Assembly: GCA_964252035.1 (NCBI GenBank)
Contig: OZ176200.1
Origin: Podarcis erhardii
Lineage: Eukaryota
DNA: 64,000 nt
Strand: one strand, 5' to 3'
Shown: piece by piece, positions 13,722 to 21,960 of the stretch
Layout of the letters: each line of letters starts with the position of its first letter
Position numbering within the stretch: the stretch's first letter is position 1
The notes under the pieces: generated by a model
Told to the model about the DNA's origin: nothing
Database searches by the model: none
What the model saw: the letters and a program-made list of their open reading frames with translations, nothing else
Translations under genes and position numbers: made by a program

Positions 13722-14043
13722 GTAATTGCCCAGGCAGGACTCAGCAGACACCACCACCCCCATTTAAGTGTTATGCATAAGACCAGCATGTGAGCAGGGA
13801 CATGTAAAATAGTCCAGCCCTTAGTACTGTAAGAAGAACACCTGTATGTGGCTTAGGGTGCTCCGAGAAATAAATAAATAACAGGGCTCCTGGGCACCCA
13901 CAGGAAAGCATATGTCTGTTTTTTCTCTGTAAGATTCTGCAAGGCAGGAGGAGTGGGGGGGGGGGGGAGTTGTCTGCTACATCAATGCCTTGCATGTGAC
14001 TAGATCATTCAATCAGTCTCAGTATAGAAGGGCTGGTGCAATA

Positions 14044-14285
14044 CAGTGGTACCTAGGGTTAAGTACTTAATTCATTCCGGAGGTCCGTACTTAACCTGAA
14101 ACTGTTCTTAACCTGAAGCACCACTTTAGCTAATAGGGCCTATTGCTGCTGCCGTGCTGCCAGAGCACAATTTCTGTTCTTATCCTGAAGCAAAGTTCTT
14201 AACCCGAGGTACTATTTATGGGTTAGTGGAGGCTGTAACCTGAAGCATATGTAACCTGAAGTGTATGTAACCCGAAGTACCACTG
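14044..14285. mobile_element. Tc1/mariner (pogo/Tigger-like) MITE
   Basis: TIRs CAGTGGTACCTAGGGTTA / TAACCCGAAGTACCACTG with a TA TSD on both sides. Confidence 0.88.
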
Positions 14286-15629
14286 TATCTACCCAGAAAG
14301 AAAGGGGCACTTTGAAACTATGGCGCTTTCAGATAGTGGCATCAAGTGTTTCCTTGGAAATGTGAAGCATGGAAATTCATCCTTTACATCCTGACAGAGA
14401 TGTATTGGTAGTTTTCATCCTGTTTTGTGGGTGATCCTAGGTTTCCCTGGAAACTTATAAGGGTTTGTAAATGAGGAGATTAGAAATGGTATACAAACAT
14501 CCTTAAAAAGCACTCTCCTCTGTTGTTGTCCACCTAAAATGTCCAGCTGCAAGGGAGTTCAGATGGGATCGAGGTGCATCAGCTTACAGATGGTGAACCA
14601 TAATGGGCCTAAACAATACTGTGAAACAGGTGTACACCCTCAAACCCATCCCAGAATCCTCTGCAATGTGCAAGGGCTCCGTGGCTGGAGCATAGGGATT
14701 CCGTGGCAGTCTTTTGGGCTCCAGGAAGTTAAGCAGTCCGGTCACCATTTTCTAGAGGCGGAAACAACTTTTTTTTTTTTGTCTTTTACAATATTAACAG
14801 TCTGGCAATTCTGTTTGTAACACACATTGTGGCACCCAGTGATTAAGGCAGGAGACTGCTGGTGGATCAGCCAAAATCTCTGAGCTATCTCTGACTGCTG
14901 TCTGGTCTTCAATAGGTACCTATTTCTCTCAACAGCTCTAAATCAAATATTAATACAAGTTTGTACATACCTAAGTTTCCCATCAAAACAAATAATGCCT
15001 AATAGTAAAAAAAAAACACCACCTCTTTTTTTTTTTTTTTTTTTTGAGACCTGCATTTTGGTGAAGCTGTTAAGTCCCCAGATGAATCTACCACTGGCTT
15101 GATGGTAAATGTTGGGCAGGGGCTGGGGAAATGCCTAGGGAGGAAGAACTGATATTCCCTTTGGCAAATGACAGAGAAGCTCTTCCCTTTCACCGCCCAT
15201 GGAAGTTCCTGCAGGAGAGGGTTTCCCAATGGATTCCTCTTGGCTGCTACACGGAAGAGGTTCTCCCACAATCTCAGGGCTTGTCTGTGCTTCTGCTTCT
15301 CTCATGCTTTCTTCTAGGCATGGGTCCGAGAGGTTTTTTGTTTATGCTGTCACTTCCCCTGGAAAAAGCCACTCTTTACTGCTGAATCACAACAAACATC
15401 AGTCAGGGAAATCAGTGGGGCAAATGAAAAACCTCTCTAAAAGCACAGGACAAGCAGAAGTGTGGACAAGCCCCCCGTGTCTTCAGTACCTTGGGACTAC
15501 TCACCTGGTACAGAGATTTTATCCAAGGAACTAGGCCACAACATTACATTTGGTTCTAGAGTGATTCTGAGCAACCAGAATAGATTTTCTTTAAGAACCA
15601 GTGCAAGTTTCTTTGCCTTATCACTTGTA

Positions 15630-15953
15630 AAGCTAAAGGTACCCTTGACCGTTAGGTCCAGTCGCGGACAACTTTGGGGTTGTGAACACATCTCGCTCTA
15701 TAGGCTGAGGGAGCTGGTGTTTGTCCGCAGACAGCTTCTGGGTCATGTGGCCAGCATGACTAAGCCGCTTCTGGCAAACCAGAGCAGCGCACAGAAACGC
15801 CGTTTAGCGGTACGTATTTATCTACTTGCACTTTGACATGTTTTCGAACTGCTAGGTGGGCAGGAGCTGGGACCGAACAACGGGAGCTCACCCCGTCACG
15901 GGGATTTGAACCGCCGACCTTTTGATCGGCAAGCCCTAGGCTCTGTGGTTTAG
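15630..15953 (-). mobile_element. Sauria SINE (lacertid type), slightly 5'-truncated
   Basis: Reverse complement shows a tRNA-like box (GATCAAAAGGTCGGCGGTTCAAATCCCCG), the Sauria body and an ACCTTT-type tail. Flanked by 29-bp direct repeats at 15601-15629 and 15975-16003. Confidence 0.9.
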
Positions 15954-16532
15954 ACAGTTATTTTGCAAGTTTCTGTGCAAGTTTCTTTGCTTTATCACTT
16001 GTAGGGATGTTTAAATCTGTCAGTTTAGGTTTCTCTCAGCTTCTCATTTTTCCATTCCAAAGGTTCAGTTTGTTACCTTTCTACAACCATCTGCAATTTT
16101 TAAAAAGTCATCACAAAAATTCATCAATATTTTCCTGTGTTTTTCTCTTAATATATACATTTTGTAGGCATTTTTGCCCAATATGCACCTTTTTGTATAT
16201 GATGCATTTATTTGCGGGTGAAGGGTGGGAATCTACTGACCCACCCCTCACCTGAAACATCCATTCTTCCTCCTCCACATCCTGCTTACCTTCCACCTCC
16301 TCTAACTGCTCTGTCTCTCCCTCCTCCCCTGGCTCCTGCCTTGTGGGTAGTGTGACACCCCATAAATCACAGGTTCCCTCTCCCAGCTCACTCTCCTGGT
16401 CCCCTGCCTCTGCCACACACTGTTTTGGGCCCTGCCAGTCCCTGCCAGTACTGTGTAGTTGGGAGTAGATTGGGTTTCCTGTATTTTGAAGTGAACCGCA
16501 GCAAAATGCATTTTTGTTTTTCTTTTGAACAG

Positions 16533-16589
16533 TTCCTTTTTTCTGGATCCCTGTCCATGTCAGCCAAAAAACATCTGAATGACTGCTTG
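16533..16589 (+). CDS. MS4A-family gene B, TM2 exon
   Basis: aacag|FLFSGSLSMSAKKHLNDCL|gtggga, 57 nt, matching the MS4A 'FIISGSLSV.AEK...CL' exon. Confidence 0.8.
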
Positions 16590-16935
16590 GTGGGATATAG
16601 AGCATTTCCCTCTTTCCTCTTCCTTCCACCCCCCCCCCATCCCAACTCATGATCCCATGAACTTTCATGCAATAAAATATGAGGGGGCTTGACACTGGGA
16701 TTCTGGCAATAGGACCCAGACACTTTCCTCTCTGGACACCAGGGCAGTCATCAGGCAGAAGGCTCTATTGCCTTGCTCTTCTCTGCTCAGTATCACCATC
16801 CAGACGATGTCCACAGAGGAATACTACAACTCAACAGCAAATCAGGTTAGGAATCATTGGTGGAGGTGGGGGGGGGGTGACCTATGGTAGCTAAATGTTT
16901 TGTTGGTGGCTGAATTCCTTGTGTCTCTCTTTCAG

Positions 16936-17077
16936 GTGAAATGCAGTGTTGGAATAAACATCACAAGTGCTGTAGTGGCCTTAGCTGGCATCATTCTATA
17001 CATAGCAGAGATAGCTGTATTTGCTGATTCACATTATCATGGGCTTTTGAGAATGATAAGTGAACAAGCAAAGAGGC
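16936..17077 (+). CDS. MS4A-family gene B, TM3 exon
   Basis: ttcag|VKCSVGINITSAVVALAGIILYIAEIAVFADSHYHGLLRMISEQAKR+C|gtaagt, carrying the MS4A 'S.G.NI.SA..A..GIIL' motif. Confidence 0.85.
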
Positions 17078-18206
17078 GTAAGTAAGAAAACCATTAACTT
17101 TATAGGCAAGATCCAAGAAAGGGAACATGAGTAAATGGGAAAGAATCATGCTTCACTTCCTGTTTTCACAGCATATGTCCACATGACATTTCTACACTTT
17201 CATCACATCACAGAATAACAAGCAGCCCTTCAGTGGGTCATTGCTCAGACATTCCTCATCTTTGCACAAGGGATGCTGAGCAGGTTTGGCTAAGGTGTGG
17301 TCTTCCAGATGTCATTGGACTCCAGCTCCCACCAGCTCCAGTCAGCAAGTGATGGGAGTTGTCATCCAGCAAAATCCGGTGGACCAAATATTAGCCAAGC
17401 CAATATAGGGGAAAGATGGCAAAAATGTAAACGAAGGAGTCTAAAAGCAACATCTTTAGTAAGGGGTGGAGGAAAGAATCATGTACATAGCTGCTCACGT
17501 GCCATTTCAAGAACTTGCAGTAGAGAATGCCATTGTGCTTCTCCTCCACAGGCTATATTGGAACCCTTCCCTTTAATCCTGTTCCCTTTAATCTGCTTCT
17601 GACACAGTGGCATGGTGTGTGTCTTTGTCAATAGTTTTCTGTCAGTTGCTAGCCATTTGGGTTCTAAAAGGCCTTGAGGCAAATGCCATGGGAAGGATGA
17701 TACATGAGAGTACTCTCACAGGTGTACCTTAGACTGCTCCATCCTTTAATTGATCTATTACACAAATGTAAAATGAATCAGCCAGAATGTGTTATATCCC
17801 AAAATAACAGCCTTCAAATATTTTTAGCTTTATTTGCGCATTCCAAGTACAACAGCCTATCAAATCTTTGTCAGATGTGTGTTTGGTGCTTTGCTTTGTG
17901 ATTTTGCAAAGCACTCAAATACTAAGTCCCTGCCCAGGTTCTTACACATTAACAATTCTGTCTTACCATTTTATGTTTGAAGAGGTGTATATAATGTTCT
18001 ATATCTCATGTGTACAGTAGACCCTTTAATCAAAAGAACCAAAATAGTCACCACTGCACTTCCCCCGACTTTTCCTAATGTGTGTTTTTTTTGTTAAGCA
18101 AGTGACCCAGATTGTGTTTAGCAGGGTACTTTCTAATGTTACAACTGAATGAATTTGTAGGAGGAACAAGTATACTATGCAAGGTTCTCTGCTGTGTGAT
18201 ATCTAG

Positions 18207-18307
18207 GTATTGGGCATGCCGTCTTTCTCCTCTTGTTCAGCATTCTGGAGTTCTCCACCACTGTTTTCTTAGCACATTTTGGGCGCATGGCAGCCTGCAA
18301 TGACATG
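18207..18307 (+). CDS. MS4A-family gene B, TM4 exon
   Basis: ctag|GT+IGHAVFLLLFSILEFSTTVFLAHFGRMAACNDM|gtaagc, carrying the MS4A 'LL.FS.LEF......HFG' motif. Phase matches the previous exon. Confidence 0.85.
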
Positions 18308-18466
18308 GTAAGCATCTGAGTATCTTGATCAGATTTTAAGAGGGTCATATTTTAAAAGCTAGTGAGAAAATGGCATTGGGAGTACATTTGTTTGAGACCG
18401 TAAAACAAGAGTGGTGACAATGAATAAAGCATTTCATACACTAAATTAATTTTGTGTGTATTTCAG

Positions 18467-18607
18467 TCTGTAACTGTATCGCCACAACCTGTTCTCAGAG
18501 ATGGTGGGAGACCCGCTGAAGGTAACCCTGATCCTCCAGACTATGATGATGCATATGGAGATACATATCCGTCTGTCTATTCAAAAGCTAAGCAATGCGC
18601 CGAATAG
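18467..18607 (+). CDS. MS4A-family gene B, terminal coding exon
   Basis: tttcag|SVTVSPQPVLRDGGRPAEGNPDPPDYDDAYGDTYPSVYSKAKQCAE*, phase 0, an MS4A-like Pro/Tyr cytoplasmic tail. Confidence 0.7.
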   Translation, partial: SVTVSPQPVLRDGGRPAEGNPDPPDYDDAYGDTYPSVYSKAKQCAE

Positions 18608-18654
18608 AAACTTTTTGTGATATCTCACCAACCACCCAACAGTCTTATTATTTA

Positions 18655-18790
18655 GATCTGTTCTGAACTGGGTTTAGGCCTGACTATGGGGCTGTCTGCC
18701 TTGGTTTCCCTGCTATACGAGTGAGATGGGGGAGGGCAAGCTTGCTCCTGCTTCTTGATCTCCTGTTGGCTTTTGATACCATTGACCTCC
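18655..18790 (+). mobile_element. L2 LINE RT fragment
   Basis: Degenerate GFRPDYG...LLLLLDLLLAFDTID motif. Confidence 0.65.
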
Positions 18791-19264
18791 CAGTCATCAG
18801 CTGGCCAGGAGATGGAGATTAACTTTGCTCTGAAGTTCCTCAGTTAGCTGAATAGCACAAGGGGAATCCCAGGGAGAAGCAAGTTTTAAGCTTTCCCTCA
18901 ACCACCCAGGAAAGGTTTTGTTGTTGTTGTTGTTTTTACTACACATGGTTGTTTCCCAGTCAGCTGAGCAGCACAAGGGCGATCACAGGAAAGGGAAGGT
19001 TTTAAACCCCACCCCCATTTGCCCTAATGGACCAGCCTCCACTGCCATGTCCCCTGGAGAAAAGGCTCTCTCGGCCCCTTTATTTATAAACTGGATGATT
19101 TTTAGAGGTGGAGCTGTGCTTTATATTTTTGATTGTAGTTTATGTTATTATCCTTGTAATGTTGCTTTTGTATTTTCATCTGTTTTTGTATTATTTGTTC
19201 GTTTTATTCAGTGCTTGTTTGTATGATGAATAAGTATTTAAAAAGGGAGAGAGATGGAGCTGTG

Positions 19265-19278
19265 GCGGCCTCTGGTGG
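19265..19278 (-). promoter_or_regulatory. CTCF-like motif
   Basis: Reverse complement CCACCAGAGGCCGC differs at one position from the CTCF core CCASYAGRKGGCRS. It lies in a small CpG-containing patch between MS4A-B and the SLC19A1 promoter. Confidence 0.5.
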
Positions 19279-19762
19279 ATAGGTTGGGCGACTCAGAAGA
19301 GCGGCAATATGCAAAGTCCTGCACCCGCCCGCATATTTTAGGGCCAGCTGTTGGTTAGCGGGATGGAGCCCTCGAACCTCGTGATATGTGAAGGGCTTCC
19401 CTTCCAGCCGGTCGGATATTCCTAGCAAAGCAGATAGTTCCAGACATCATGTTCTCTCCTTCAGTGTATCAATTTTGTAGCTACTAACGTAAGAGAAATT
19501 AGCAGGGATGGAGGACTGAAGCTCAGCCCTCCTGAAACTCTGAGGGAACCGCTGCCAGATAGCGCAGGCAGACTAAGGCTTCCCAAGCCGCGGCCTGCTT
19601 CATTCAGGAGTCCGCGCAGCGCCTGTGGAATTGTGATCGAAATTGACAGGAGGCAGCACATTAAGTACCTACATTGATTTTTAATTGCGTTTCGTGGCTT
19701 CTTGCGTTGCATTTCAGTTTGAATGGTGTGGGATTCGGCTTGTGAGAGGCAAAACAGAGATG

Positions 19763-19763
<1 letters not shown>

Positions 19764-19816
<53 letters not shown>
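19764..19816. repeat. (GAAA)13 microsatellite upstream of the SLC19A1 CpG island
   Basis: Perfect tetranucleotide run. Confidence 0.95.
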
Positions 19817-19929
19817 CGATATACAATATTTAAAAGCATATACAATTGCTACAGCGGGCCAAAACAAACAAAACATTCCGTGTTCCACCAGATCCCTCAG
19901 CAATTTATAATTTACACGAAGCTAGATGA

Positions 19930-20830
19930 CGCTTGTGTAAGGCAGCGCCGTGTGTCCCTAAGAGCGCCAAGCAACCTCTGGGGATTTGCGCGGCCTCAGG
20001 AAGAGAGTATAGGATTGCACCAAGAGTTGAAGGACAGGTAACCCCCGGGAATAAGGGTTGCCCAAGGGCAAAGGAGATGGGGCTCCCGCGCCCTCGGCAG
20101 GCGAGGGAATTGCAGCAGCTGCGACCGTGCGAGCGACACCGGAGGGAACTTCCGCTTCTGCAGTCAGTAAAGGCGAAGGAGGAGCGACCGTATTCCGCAG
20201 CAGGTGTCAGCCCGGCCCCACCAGCAATGAGCGCGATTTCCAAGCGAGACCCATCGCTTCCCACGCCACTTCGGGCTAAGCATCGCGTTGCAAGCTCAAA
20301 AACCGCTAGTTGCTGGCAGACACTGCGCAAAGTTTTCCTGCTCGCTCATATTTTAATGTCGTTCCCGGTGAAGAAAACAGTTACCCCAAGTCGGGCGACT
20401 TGACCGGGTTGGATCTGATTTTTGCAAACGGAAGCAGGCGAGCGCGTGGCTTTGTTGGCGCGTTGTTGCTTATCTGCGGGAGCATCTTCCGCCCTCCTTG
20501 CATTGTGGGCGCTGTAGTTCCGCCGTGCCTTGCCCCGCGCCGGGGCCTCGTCAGAACTACAGTCCCCAGGAGGCCCCGGTCCCTCCCCGCCTCGCCTCTC
20601 TCCACGTGCGAGAGGCCGCTGGCGCCTGGGGGAGGGCTCGGCTCTGCTCCGGGAGGCGCCTGCAGAGCTCCTTCCCCGCGCGGCGCTGTGAGGGTCGCGC
20701 GCTGCTCGCGAGGCGCCTGAATCCGTGCATTGGGAGAGCAAGAGGCAAAAGGTAAGAGAAGGGGCCGGGAGAGCAGGGGGGCCGGCGGGCCTGGGGCGGG
20801 CGCAGGGAACAGCCTGGTTAGCCGGAGGGA
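19930..20830. promoter_or_regulatory. CpG island / SLC19A1 promoter
   Basis: Very high GC and CpG density relative to the flanks, GC boxes (GGGCGG), an ETS-like CGGAAG and GCGC repeats, ending at a strong donor. Confidence 0.85.
20640..20751 (+). other. SLC19A1: SLC19A1 non-coding first exon (5' boundary approximate)
   Basis: AAG|GTAAGA donor at 20752 inside the CpG island, followed by a G-rich intron start. Mammalian SLC19A1 also has non-coding first exons. Confidence 0.6.
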
Positions 20831-21799
20831 AATGTTTGGGATGCCACCTGGGAGATGCAGGGTCACCAAGGGCTCTATCCTGCAAAAAACGCAAAACCCC
20901 CATGCTCCCAATGCTGGTCCTGGAAAGAGAAGGGGAACTTGTTGCTCCCACGCTTGTTGCAGTTTTTGATCCTCTGTGCAAAGGAGCATAGGTCAGGTGT
21001 CTCGTCCACGTTGCTCCTGTGGCAAATGTATGCTTTGACACCTGGGAAGCCGTGTGTGGAGTAGTAAGACTTTTCGCGGCCACACCTTGCCGCGCGTTTG
21101 AGGGGGTGATTTATTTATTTTTTAAGTAAATGTATGCATACCTTTAAAACGTGTATCCCGGCCGCTCCTTTCCTCTGAAAAAGCCGGAGGTGGCTTATGA
21201 CAAGGGGTGAAAGTAAACATAGGAGAACGAGATTACGAAAATCTCAGAATACAAAAGCAGATATGAAGCAGCAATTAAAGTAACTGGCCGCCTTCCACCT
21301 GTGGAAACAATTCCTTGCCACAAGTTAAAAGCAAAACACACACATAATTCATGCTCCCAAAGCATTTCTAAACAGGAAGGTTTTAGTGGTAAATTCTTTC
21401 TAAACAAGAAGGTGTTAGTGGTAAATATATCCTGAAATGGTGCTTGTTTACAGTGCAATCCTAACAATTCTTAGAAGTAAATCCTATTGTGCTCACAAAT
21501 AGGCTTCCTGGTTTTTAGGATGGCAGCTTTAAACTATGGAAGATCTGTAATGCATAGTAATATATACCAAACTGATGTTAAGTGGGGAGGGGGGCTTATT
21601 TTTAATGATTGCAGCTGTGGAATACAGTACTGATGTTCTCCTGATGAGCCTACAGATCATTATGTTAGTCCTCCAGACCTATGCTTTTTTTTGACAATAG
21701 TTGTTATAAAGTAATGTAGATGGTGATATATTTGGTCATACTGGACCCCCCCCTGCACTTGGCACTCCATACAACTACAACTCCCAAAGCTAAAAAACA

Positions 21800-21960
21800 A
21801 AAACAAAAAACCCTGTTCACTGGCCTCAAAATAGAGAACTCTCCTAGAGGTTTTTCATCTGAGGCTGGTTGACCACCTATTAGGGATGCTCTAGCATGGG
21901 ATTTTCTACATTGAGAGGGTTGGGCTACATGACTTTTGGAAATCCAGCTCTCTGAATCCC
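21800..21960 (+). mobile_element. Degraded CR1 3' end
   Basis: GAGGTTTTTCATCTGAGGCTGGTTGACCACCT...GGGTTGGGCTACATGAC, a CR1-like core. Confidence 0.55.

Noticed and set aside
19627-19645. GGAATTGTGATCG resembling the lac operator (vector contamination)
   Set aside because: The match is short and partial, and the flanks are native genomic sequence with no vector backbone.
19905-21083. Several long overlapping ORFs (up to 245 aa) on both strands
   Set aside because: They coincide with the GC-rich CpG island, where stop codons are scarce. The translations are low-complexity Ala/Pro/Arg/Gly with no family motif.
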